NCBI GenBank assembly: GCA_028826165.1
Contig: JAPDFW010000125.1
Coordinates: forward strand, 620,001 to 684,000
Source of the DNA: Anaeramoeba ignava BMAN
Taxonomy: Eukaryota > Protista > Anaeramoebae
DNA: 64,000 nt
Reading direction: 5' to 3'
In this document: piece by piece, positions 53,361 through 63,128 of the stretch
Position numbering within the stretch: position 1 is the first letter of the stretch
Layout: the number at the start of each line of letters is the position of its first letter
The notes under the pieces: model-generated
Told to the model about the DNA's origin: nothing
What the model saw: the letters and a program-made list of their open reading frames with translations, nothing else
Databases searched by the model: none
Position numbers and translations under genes: made by a program

Positions 53361-55189
53361 TGAATGAAAACGATAAATTAAATTCTTCAATGATTATTGA
53401 AATGGATAAAACAGAAGAAGATGATTTATTAGAAAAATTGAATTTAGAAGAACATCTTGAACCTAAAAATTTGAACAAAGTAATTGGAGTGGAAAATGAT
53501 ATTTTTCAAGTAATGCCAACAGGATTGAAGGAAAATTCAATGGGAAATATTTCTCCTTTCCTTATACGAAATCAAACACAAATTTTACTTGATACATTAA
53601 ACAAGAAACAGTGGGACAGAAGAATATTAATTGGATCTTCTGGAGCTGGAAAATCATATATTCTTTTTCATCTTGCTTATTATCATTATCATTTGCCTGA
53701 TTGGATTGTTCTTTATATCCCGAATATGGCTACTTTATATAATAATCCAAATCATTCTGTCGCTCAACAAATAATGAACAGAATGTATCTTTTATATAAA
53801 ACACAATTATTTGAAAAATACAAATTTAAATTTGATGAAGAATTTTGGCGAAATCCAAATCCTAGTGAAAAAGAAAAAAAAAGTATGATTTCGCAATGTT
53901 TGAATTTATTTTCTGCACTCACAAATGGAGTCTTTTTGAATCACAAGATTTTCATTGCGCTTGATCAATGGAATATTCTATTTCGGGATGAGAAAATGAA
54001 TCAGGATAATCATATCCTTAATTTTTTTAGAGAATTTGGTGAGATTCCCAATGGAGTTTTTGTAACTGCTGTGAGCTCCAGTTTTGAGCCAATTGATCGA
54101 CTTCATGATGCTGATTATGTTACCTTGATATTTAGAGTTTCTGTTTATGACAAAGCTGAACTCTCTGCAATGATCAAGTATAATATCAAAAGGAAAAATT
54201 TACCTGAAAAAGTAAATATCGAACACATTCAGCATTTAACAGGAAATGTACCAAGAATTTTATTTTTTTTGTGCCAAGCTTTTAAAAATCCAAAGAGATC
54301 TCAGAATTGGGAAAAAGATGCTCATCAAGCAACAATGAAATATTATCGAGATCGAATTTTCCATATTCTTTCCAAATCACAATCACAGCAAAAACTCAAA
54401 AATAGCCAAATTCAACACGACTCTCTGCAATTTGCAATGCTTTTATATTTGAATAAGGATCTTCCCACTCTTCCAAATCAGTGGGAAATGCTTGGAATTT
54501 TTACAGAAATTGATGATAAAAGATGCACTTTCATTTGTGATTGGGCGAAAGAAGCATTTTACCAAACAATCAATGATAATATTTATGATTATCTTGAAGT
54601 TCTTTCTATGGACTCACAAACCAAAGCCAGGGCTTTTGAATTATTTGTTTCAAGTTCTTTTATAAAATCTATTCAAGGAATTACATTAAAAACAACTAAC
54701 TTAAGAGGAGAGAAAACTGATCCTTCGGAATTAGAAATTGAGGTTAATAAATTCGTCACACAAGAAAAAAATAAGCCTCTTCAAATCATTGATCCTGGAA
54801 CTTTTATCATCTGCTATGAAGGTCATCCTGTTGTTGATTTCGTTGCTTTTTCCCTCAAAAAACAACTATTCTATATTCAAGCTTCCGTGAGTCCTTATCA
54901 AGAGCATCCTAAAAAAATGCCTGATTTATGGGAATCTCTTTTTGAATCAACACAACAATCAATTTATGAGTATTATTCACAACTAACAGGATTGTCCAAC
55001 AAAAAAATATCCAAAACAAAACTCCCTCAAAATCAATTTTATTTGTATATCACTTCAAATCCTCATTTCATGATATTCAAATCAAAATATTCGGGTCATC
55101 AAGTTCATTTAGTGAACAGAGATGAATTATCTTCTCTCAATCTCACATCTTGGTCCAAAATCAAAAAATACTTCTCCAAATCAAATTAA
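53360..55189 (+). CDS. P-loop NTPase + PD-(D/E)xK restriction-endonuclease-fold protein, Crinkler/RHS-like (609 aa)
   Basis: Walker A LIGSSGAGKS, Walker B FIALDQWN, LTGNVPR helix motif, ARAFE, HPVVDFVAF..LFYIQASVS. Intronless. Confidence 0.78.
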   Translation: MNENDKLNSSMIIEMDKTEEDDLLEKLNLEEHLEPKNLNKVIGVENDIFQVMPTGLKENSMGNISPFLIRNQTQILLDTLNKKQWDRRILIGSSGAGKSYILFHLAYYHYHLPDWIVLYIPNMATLYNNPNHSVAQQIMNRMYLLYKTQLFEKYKFKFDEEFWRNPNPSEKEKKSMISQCLNLFSALTNGVFLNHKIFIALDQWNILFRDEKMNQDNHILNFFREFGEIPNGVFVTAVSSSFEPIDRLHDADYVTLIFRVSVYDKAELSAMIKYNIKRKNLPEKVNIEHIQHLTGNVPRILFFLCQAFKNPKRSQNWEKDAHQATMKYYRDRIFHILSKSQSQQKLKNSQIQHDSLQFAMLLYLNKDLPTLPNQWEMLGIFTEIDDKRCTFICDWAKEAFYQTINDNIYDYLEVLSMDSQTKARAFELFVSSSFIKSIQGITLKTTNLRGEKTDPSELEIEVNKFVTQEKNKPLQIIDPGTFIICYEGHPVVDFVAFSLKKQLFYIQASVSPYQEHPKKMPDLWESLFESTQQSIYEYYSQLTGLSNKKISKTKLPQNQFYLYITSNPHFMIFKSKYSGHQVHLVNRDELSSLNLTSWSKIKKYFSKSN

Positions 55190-55221
55190 AAATCAAAAAT
55201 CAAAAATCAAAATCCCAAAAA

Positions 55222-55249
55222 CATTTTTTCATTTTTTTCTTTTCAAAAA
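55222..55249 (+). repeat. 28-nt direct repeat, right copy
   Basis: Identical to 53333-53360. Confidence 0.9.
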
Positions 55250-55271
55250 AATTAAAAATAAAAAAAGAAAA

Positions 55272-57011
55272 ATGAATGAAATTTTATATTTTGGTTCAAA
55301 TCAATATCCAAAACTTATCAAAAATGAACCAAATAAAATAACAAAACCAATTCAATTTAAATTTGAAAATGAAAATGAAAATCAAATTAAACAAATTTCA
55401 ACAACAGATTTTTCAACAATTTTCCTTTTTGAAAATGGAAAAGCAATAGAATATTTAACTCAAAGAGATTCAAAACAAAATCCTTCAAAAATCCAAATTG
55501 AAAATATTCAAAAAGTAACTGTTGGTCTTCAAGTTGAAGCTATTTTAACAATAGAAGGAAATCTATTTGCAAAAGGAAAAATTATTAATCCAAATAATCC
55601 AAATCAATTTATCAATATTTCATCATTAATTGAAGATACAAATGATAGAATAATTGAAGATATTGTTTCTGGAGCTAACTCAATTTACTTATTAACTTCA
55701 AATCAAAATGCTTATGGAATTGGTTCAAATTATTTTGCTCAGTTTGATTTTGATTCTGAAACGTTTGAAGAAACAGAAAAACCAATTTTAATGATGAAAA
55801 ATGTTTCTAAAATATTTTCAGGAAATTATTCAAGTTCTGTTTTTCTTTTAAATTCAAATCAAGAATTATTTTTTTGTAGAAATAATTTTTTAGGAGAACT
55901 TGGATTAGGAGAATCAATAGAAGAAACAGAAATATATAAATTAACCAAAATCAAAAATATTCCAAAAGGTAAAATAATTGATATTCAATGTGGAAGTTGG
56001 CATACAATAATGTTGAATGAAGATCAAAATCAAAATCCAAAAAGAAAAATTTATTCATGTGAGCATTCTAATTATGATGATATTAATGAAAATACTTATG
56101 AATTTACTGAAATCAAATTATCTTTATTTAAAAATAATGATGATATTATTGATTTTTCTGTTGGAAATTTTCATACTTTGATTTTAACTTCCAATAATAA
56201 ATTGATAGGATTTGGAAGTAATTCATATGGCCAATTAGGAACTGGAGATACAAAAAATCATTTCATTCCTATTCAAATTGAACTTCCTAAATTAAGATTT
56301 AATGAAGATATTTCCAATTATCATATCTTTTGTGGAAATTCCAATTCATTTCTTTATTATTCTCCTCCTTCTTTTTCTAATCTTGAAGAAGATTTGATAA
56401 AATTATTTAGAAGAAAAGAATTTTGTGATATTTCATTTAAAACAGAAAATGGAGAAATAATTGAAGCTCATAAATTAATATTGGAATATAGATTAAATCA
56501 AATTGAAAATCAAATTGAAAAACTTCAAGAAATTATTTCAAAAAAATCAATTAAAGAATCAAATCAAATATTTGAAATGATTTATTCAAACAATTACAAA
56601 ATAAATCCAAAATTATATTCTGAAATTAAAGAAATTATAAATTCCAATGAAAAAATTGAAGAAACAATGAAAAGAATTTATTTAAATGAAAATGAAAAAG
56701 ATTTTATAATTGAAAGAAAAGAAAAACAATATAAATTTCCAAAATTAATATTAATAATGAGAAGTGAATTATATCGAGGAATGTTTTTATCTGTAACAAA
56801 TGATACTTCTAATAAAGTTACAGATTATAGTGAATTAAGTAATAAATCATTTCAAATATTTGAATATTGGATTTATTCAAATCAAATTAAAGATGAAATT
56901 AAAATTACACAAAAGATAATTGATGAACTAGAAACAGGAATTGATTATTTTCAATTAAATCAAACAAATCCAAATTTATTTGATTTATTAATTAATAAAT
57001 TTAATAATTAA
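55272..57011 (+). CDS. RCC1-repeat + BTB/POZ protein, array copy 1
   Basis: Start MNEILYFG inferred by alignment with the other copies. VGNFHTLIL..GFGSNSYGQLGTGD; BTB-like FCDISF..AHKLIL and FPKLILIMRSELYRGMF. Confidence 0.88.
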   Translation: MNEILYFGSNQYPKLIKNEPNKITKPIQFKFENENENQIKQISTTDFSTIFLFENGKAIEYLTQRDSKQNPSKIQIENIQKVTVGLQVEAILTIEGNLFAKGKIINPNNPNQFINISSLIEDTNDRIIEDIVSGANSIYLLTSNQNAYGIGSNYFAQFDFDSETFEETEKPILMMKNVSKIFSGNYSSSVFLLNSNQELFFCRNNFLGELGLGESIEETEIYKLTKIKNIPKGKIIDIQCGSWHTIMLNEDQNQNPKRKIYSCEHSNYDDINENTYEFTEIKLSLFKNNDDIIDFSVGNFHTLILTSNNKLIGFGSNSYGQLGTGDTKNHFIPIQIELPKLRFNEDISNYHIFCGNSNSFLYYSPPSFSNLEEDLIKLFRRKEFCDISFKTENGEIIEAHKLILEYRLNQIENQIEKLQEIISKKSIKESNQIFEMIYSNNYKINPKLYSEIKEIINSNEKIEETMKRIYLNENEKDFIIERKEKQYKFPKLILIMRSELYRGMFLSVTNDTSNKVTDYSELSNKSFQIFEYWIYSNQIKDEIKITQKIIDELETGIDYFQLNQTNPNLFDLLINKFNN

Positions 57012-57202
57012 AATTAAAATTAAAATTAAAACTAAAATTAAAATTAAAATTAAAATTAAAATTAAAACTAAAATTAAAATTAAAATTAAAATTAAAATTA
57101 AAATTAAAATAAAAATTAAAATTAAAATTATAATTAAAATTAAAATTAAAATTAAAAATAAAATTCCAAAAATTCATTTTTTCATTTTTTTTCTTTTCAA
57201 AA

Positions 57203-58993
57203 ATGAATGAAATTTTATTTTTTGGTTTAAATGAAGCACCAAAACTTTTCGAAAATGAACCAGATTCAATAACAAAACCAATTCAATTTAAATTTGAAAA
57301 TGAAAATGAAAATGAAAATGAAAATCAAATTAAACAAATTTCAACAACTAAACTTTCATTAATGATACTTTTTAAAAATGGAAAAGCAATAGAATATTCA
57401 AATGGAAAAGATTCAAAACAAAATCCTTCAAAAATCCAAATTGAAAATATTCAAAAAATTTCTACTGGAAAAAATGTTGAAGTTATTTTAACAATAGAAG
57501 GAAATGTATTTGCAAAAGGAAGAATTATCAATCAAGAAAATCCAAAAGAATTTATCAATATTTCATCATTAATTGAAGATACAAATGATAGAGTAATTCA
57601 AGATGTTGTTTGCGGAGAAAGTTCAATTTACTTATTAACTTCAAATCAAAATGCTTATGGAATTGGTTCTAATCAAGATTTCCAACTTGGTTTTGATTCT
57701 AACACACTTGAAAATACACAAAAACCAATTTTAATGATGAAAAATGTTTCTAAAATATTTTCAGGAAATGAATCAACTTCTGTTTTTATTTTAAATTCAA
57801 ATCAAGAATTATTTGGATGTGGCTATAATTTTTCCGGATCACTTGGATTAGGAAAATCAATAGAAGAAACAAGAATCAATAAATTAACCAAAATCCAAAA
57901 TATTCCAAAAGGTAAAATAATTGATATTCAATCTGGAGGCTTTAATTCAATAATGTTGATTGAAAATGAAAATGAAAATGAAAATGAAAATCCAAAAAGA
58001 AAACTTTATTCATGTGGAAGTCGAAACTATAATGGGCATGGTGAAAACACTTGTGAATTTACTGAAATTAAATCATCTTTATTTGAAAATGATGATAATA
58101 TTCTTGATTTTTCTGTTGGATATTTTCATACTTTGATTTTAACTTCCAAACCAAAATTAATTGGATTTGGAAGTAATGCTTATTATCAATTAGGACCTAA
58201 AGATACACCAACAGTTTTCAAAAAAACTCCAACTTTAATTGAATTTCCTAAATTAAGATTTAATGAAAATATTTCCAATTATCATGTTTATTGTGGAAAT
58301 TCCAATTCATTTCTTTATTATTCTCCTCCTTCTTTTTCCAATCTTGAAGAAGATTTGATAAAACTATTTAGAAGAAAAGAATTTTGTAATATCTCATTTA
58401 AAACAGAAAATGGAGAAATAATTGAAGCTCATAAATTAATATTAAAATATAGATTAAATCAAAATGAAAATGAAAATGAAAATGAAAAACTTAAAGAAAT
58501 TATTTCAACAAAATCAATTAAAGAATCAAATCAAATATTTGAAATGATTTATTCAAACAGAATTATAAATCCAAAATTATATTCTGAAATTAAAGAAATT
58601 ATAAATTTAAATGAAAAAATTGAAGAAACAATGAAAAGAATTTATTTAAATGAAAATGAAAATGAAAATGAAAAAGATTTTATAATTGAAAGAAAAGAAA
58701 AACAATATAAATTCCCTAAATTAATATTAATAATGAGAAGTGAATTATATCGAGGAATGTTTTTATCTGTAACAGAAGATAAATCAAATAAAGTTACAGA
58801 TTATAGTGAATTAAGTAATAAATCATTTCAAATATTAGAATATTGGATTTATTCAAATCAAATTAAAGAAGGAATTCAAATTACAAACGATATAATTGAT
58901 GAAATTGAAACAGGAATTGATTATTTTCAATTAAATCAAACAAATCCAAATTTATTTGATTTATTAATTAACAAATTTAATAATCAAAATTAA
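57203..58993 (+). CDS. RCC1-repeat + BTB/POZ protein, array copy 2
   Basis: Intronless ORF collinear with the other copies. Confidence 0.9.
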   Translation: MNEILFFGLNEAPKLFENEPDSITKPIQFKFENENENENENQIKQISTTKLSLMILFKNGKAIEYSNGKDSKQNPSKIQIENIQKISTGKNVEVILTIEGNVFAKGRIINQENPKEFINISSLIEDTNDRVIQDVVCGESSIYLLTSNQNAYGIGSNQDFQLGFDSNTLENTQKPILMMKNVSKIFSGNESTSVFILNSNQELFGCGYNFSGSLGLGKSIEETRINKLTKIQNIPKGKIIDIQSGGFNSIMLIENENENENENPKRKLYSCGSRNYNGHGENTCEFTEIKSSLFENDDNILDFSVGYFHTLILTSKPKLIGFGSNAYYQLGPKDTPTVFKKTPTLIEFPKLRFNENISNYHVYCGNSNSFLYYSPPSFSNLEEDLIKLFRRKEFCNISFKTENGEIIEAHKLILKYRLNQNENENENEKLKEIISTKSIKESNQIFEMIYSNRIINPKLYSEIKEIINLNEKIEETMKRIYLNENENENEKDFIIERKEKQYKFPKLILIMRSELYRGMFLSVTEDKSNKVTDYSELSNKSFQILEYWIYSNQIKEGIQITNDIIDEIETGIDYFQLNQTNPNLFDLLINKFNNQN

Positions 58994-59218
58994 AATTAAA
59001 ATCAAAATTAAAATTAAAATTAAAATTAAAATTAAAATTAAAATTAAAATTAAAATTAAAATGAAAATCAAAATTAAAATCAAAATCAAAATTAAAATTA
59101 AAATTAAAATTAAAATCAAAATTAAAATCAAAATTAAAATTAAAAATTAAAATTAAAATTAAAATCAAAATTTAAAATTAAAATTAAAATTATTTTTTTC
59201 ATTTTTTTCTTTTCAAAA

Positions 59219-60994
59219 ATGAATGAAATTTTATTTTTTGGTTTAAATCAATATCCAAAACTTTTCGAAAATGAACCAGATTCAATAACAAAACCAATTC
59301 AATTTAAATTTGAAAATGAAAATGAAAATGAAAATGAAAATCAAATTAAACAAATTTCAACAACTAAACTTTCATTAATGATACTTTTTAAAAATGGAAA
59401 AGCAATAAAATATTCAAATGGAAAAGATTCAAAACAAAAGCTTGAAAAAATCCAAATTGAAAATATTCAAAAAATTTCTACTGGAAAAAATGTTGAAGTT
59501 ATTTTAACAATAGAAGGAAATGTATTTGCCAAAGGATATGATATCAATCAAGAAAATCCAAATGAATTTATCAATATTTCATCATTAATTGAAGATACAA
59601 ATGATAGAATAATTCAAGATGTTGTTTGCGGAGAAAGTTCAATTTACTTATTAACTTCAAATCAAAATGCTTATGGAATTGGCTCAAATCAAGATGCTCA
59701 ACTTGGTTTTGATTCTAACACACTTGAAAATACACAAAAACCAATTTTAATGATGAAAAATGTTTCTAAAATATTTTCAGGAAATGAATCAACTTCTGTT
59801 TTTCTTTTAAATTCAAATCAAGAATTATTTGGATGTGGCTATAATTTTTCCGGATCACTTGGATTAGGAAAATCAATAGAAGAAACAAAAATCAATAAAT
59901 TAACCAAAATACAAAATATTCCAAAAGGTAAAATAATTGATATTCAATCTGGATGGTATCATTCAATAATGTTGATTGAAAATGAAAATGAAAATGAAAA
60001 TCCAAAAAGAAAACTTTATTCATGTGGATATTCTTCATATAATGGACTTGGCAAAAATGAAAATACTAATGAATTTACTGAAATCAAATCATATTTATTT
60101 GAAAATGATGATAATATTCTTGATTTTTCTGTTGGATATATTCATACTTTGATTTTAACATCAAAAGGGAAATTAATTTCATTTGGTGCTAATTATTATG
60201 GTGAATTAGGAACTGGAAATACAAATATTCAATATTCTCCAATTCAAATTGAACTTCCTAAATTAAGATTTAATGAAAATATTTCTAATTATCATATTTC
60301 TTGTGGAAATTCCAAATCATTTCTTTATTATTCTCCTCTTTCTTTTTCCAATCTTGAAGAAGATTTGATAAAATTATTTAAAAGAAAAGAATTTTGTAAT
60401 ATCTCATTTAAAACAGAAAATGGAGAAATAATTGAAGCTCATAAATTAATATTGAAATATAGATTAAATCAAAATGAAAATGAAAATCAAATTGAAAAAC
60501 TTCAAGAAATTATTTCAAGAAAATCAATTAAAGAATCAAATCAAATATTTGAAATGATTTATTCAAACAATTCCAAAATAAATACAAAGTTATATTCTGA
60601 AATTAAAGAAATTATAAATTCAAATGAAAAAATTGAAGAAACAATGAAAAGAATTTATTTAAATGAAAATGAAAATGATTTTATTATTGAAAGAAAAGAA
60701 AAACAATATAAATTTCCAAAATTAATATTAATAATGAGAAGTGAATTATATCGAGGAATGTTTTTATCTGTAACTGAAGATAAATCAAATAAAGTTACAG
60801 ATTATAGTGAATTAAGTAATAAATCATTTCAAATATTTGAATATTGGATTTATTCAAATCAAATTAAAGATGATATTGAAATTACACAAGAAATTATTAA
60901 TGAAATAGAAATTGGAATTGATTATTTTCAATTAAATCAAACAAATCCAAATTTATTTGATTTATTAATTAACAAATTTAATAATCAAAATTAA
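59219..60994 (+). CDS. RCC1-repeat + BTB/POZ protein, array copy 3
   Basis: Intronless ORF collinear with the other copies. Confidence 0.9.
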   Translation: MNEILFFGLNQYPKLFENEPDSITKPIQFKFENENENENENQIKQISTTKLSLMILFKNGKAIKYSNGKDSKQKLEKIQIENIQKISTGKNVEVILTIEGNVFAKGYDINQENPNEFINISSLIEDTNDRIIQDVVCGESSIYLLTSNQNAYGIGSNQDAQLGFDSNTLENTQKPILMMKNVSKIFSGNESTSVFLLNSNQELFGCGYNFSGSLGLGKSIEETKINKLTKIQNIPKGKIIDIQSGWYHSIMLIENENENENPKRKLYSCGYSSYNGLGKNENTNEFTEIKSYLFENDDNILDFSVGYIHTLILTSKGKLISFGANYYGELGTGNTNIQYSPIQIELPKLRFNENISNYHISCGNSKSFLYYSPLSFSNLEEDLIKLFKRKEFCNISFKTENGEIIEAHKLILKYRLNQNENENQIEKLQEIISRKSIKESNQIFEMIYSNNSKINTKLYSEIKEIINSNEKIEETMKRIYLNENENDFIIERKEKQYKFPKLILIMRSELYRGMFLSVTEDKSNKVTDYSELSNKSFQIFEYWIYSNQIKDDIEITQEIINEIEIGIDYFQLNQTNPNLFDLLINKFNNQN

Positions 60995-61112
60995 AATTAA
61001 AATTAAAATCAAAATCAAAATCAAAATTAAAATTAAAATCAAAATTAAAATTAAAATTAAATTTGCCATCATGAAAAAAAAAATTATTTTTTTCATTTTT
61101 TTCTTTTCAAAA

Positions 61113-62909
61113 ATGAATGAAATTTTATTTTTTGGTGCAAATAAATATCCAAAACTTTTCCAAAATGAAACAGAAGAAATAATAAAACCAATTCAATTTA
61201 AATTTGAAAATGAAAATGAAAATGAAAATGAAAATGAAAATGAAAATGAAAATGAAAATGAAAAACAAATTAAACAAATTTCATCAACTTATTTTTCAAC
61301 GATTTTCCTTTTCAAAAATGGAAAAGCAATAGAATATTTAAGTGAACAAAATTCAAATCAAAATCTTGAAAAAATCCAAATTGAAAATATTCAAAAAATT
61401 TCTACTGGAAAAAATGTTGAAGCTATTTTAACAAAAGAAGGAAATGTATTTACCAAAGGAGAAGATATTAATACAAAAAATCCAAATGAATTTATCAATA
61501 TTTCATCATTAATTGAAGATACAAATGATAGAATAATTGAAGATATTGTTTCTGGATACACTACAATTTACTTATTAACTTCAAATCAAAATGCTTACGG
61601 AATTGGCTCAAATCAATATGGTCAACTTGGTTTTGATTCTAACACACTTGAAAAAACAGAAAAACCAATTTTAATGATGAAAAATGTTTCTAAAATATTT
61701 TCAGGAATTTCTTCAGCTCATATTTTTCTTTTAAATTCAAATCAAGAATTATTTGGATGTGGATATAATTACTATGAACAACTTGGATTAGGAGAATCAA
61801 GAAAAAAAGAAACAAAAATCAAAAAATTAACCAAAATCCAAAATATTCCAAAAGGCAAAATAATTGATATTCAATCTGGATGGTATCATTCAATAATGTT
61901 GATTGAAAATGAAGATGAAAATCCAAAAAGAAAACTTTATTCATGTGGAAGTCGAAACTATAATGGACTTGGCAAAAATGAAGATACTAATGAATTTACT
62001 GAAATCAAATCATATTTATTTGAAAATGATGATAATATTCTTGATTTTTCTGTTGGATATATTCATACTTTGATTTTAACAACTAAAGGGAAATTAATTT
62101 CATTTGGTGCTAATTATTTTGGTCAATTAGGAACTGGAGATACAAATTATCAATCAATTCCAATTAAAATTGAACTTCCTAAATTAAGATTTAATGAAAA
62201 TATCTCTAATTATCATATTTATTGTGGAAATTCCAAATCATTTCTTTATTATTCTTCTCCTTCTTTTTCCAATCTTGAAGAAGATTTGATAAAATTATTT
62301 AGAAGAAAAGAATTTTGTAATATCTCATTTAAAACCGAAAATGGAGAAATAATTGAAGCTCATAAATTAATATTAAAATATAGATTAAATCAAAATCAAA
62401 ATGAAATTGAAAAACTTCAAGAAATTATTTCAAAAAAATCAATTAAAGAATCAAATCAAATATTTGAAATGATTTATTCAAACAATTCCAAAATAAATCA
62501 AAAATTATATTCTGAAATTAAAGAAATTATAAATTCAAATGAAAAAATTGAAGAAACAATGAAAAGAATTTATTTAAATGAAAATGAAAATGAAAAAGAT
62601 TTTATAATTGAAAGAAAAGAAAAACAATATAAATTTCCAAAATTAATATTAATAATGAGAAGTGAATTATATCGAGGAATGTTTTTATCTGTAACTGAAG
62701 ATACTTCTAATAAAGTTACAGATTATAGTGAATTAAGTAATAAATCATTTCAAATATTTGAATATTGGATTTATTCAAATCAAATTAAAGAAGGAATTCA
62801 AATTACACAAGAAATAATTGATGAAATTCAAATTGGAATTGATTATTTTCAATTAAATCAAACAAATCCAAATTTATTTGATTTATTAATTAACAAATTT
62901 AATAATTAA
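61113..62909 (+). CDS. RCC1-repeat + BTB/POZ protein, array copy 4
   Basis: Start MNEILFFG at 61113 by alignment. Confidence 0.9.
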   Translation: MNEILFFGANKYPKLFQNETEEIIKPIQFKFENENENENENENENENENEKQIKQISSTYFSTIFLFKNGKAIEYLSEQNSNQNLEKIQIENIQKISTGKNVEAILTKEGNVFTKGEDINTKNPNEFINISSLIEDTNDRIIEDIVSGYTTIYLLTSNQNAYGIGSNQYGQLGFDSNTLEKTEKPILMMKNVSKIFSGISSAHIFLLNSNQELFGCGYNYYEQLGLGESRKKETKIKKLTKIQNIPKGKIIDIQSGWYHSIMLIENEDENPKRKLYSCGSRNYNGLGKNEDTNEFTEIKSYLFENDDNILDFSVGYIHTLILTTKGKLISFGANYFGQLGTGDTNYQSIPIKIELPKLRFNENISNYHIYCGNSKSFLYYSSPSFSNLEEDLIKLFRRKEFCNISFKTENGEIIEAHKLILKYRLNQNQNEIEKLQEIISKKSIKESNQIFEMIYSNNSKINQKLYSEIKEIINSNEKIEETMKRIYLNENENEKDFIIERKEKQYKFPKLILIMRSELYRGMFLSVTEDTSNKVTDYSELSNKSFQIFEYWIYSNQIKEGIQITQEIIDEIQIGIDYFQLNQTNPNLFDLLINKFNN

Positions 62910-63128
62910 AATTAAAATTAAAATTAAAATTAAAATTAAAATTAAAATTAAAATTAAAATTCCAAAATTAAAATTAAAATTCCAAAATTCAAATTAAAAT
63001 TAAAATTAAAATTAAATTTAAAATTAAAATTAAAATTCCAAAATTAAAATTCAGAAGCACTAAAATCAAAAACCAAAAAGAAAAAAATTATTTTTTTTTT
63101 CATTTTTTTCATTTTTTTCTTTTCAAAA

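Noticed and set aside
55122-55271. Overlap between the NTPase-REase gene and RCC1-BTB copy 1
   Set aside because: Alignment with the paralogues places the true start at 55272; the extension is read-through of the leader.
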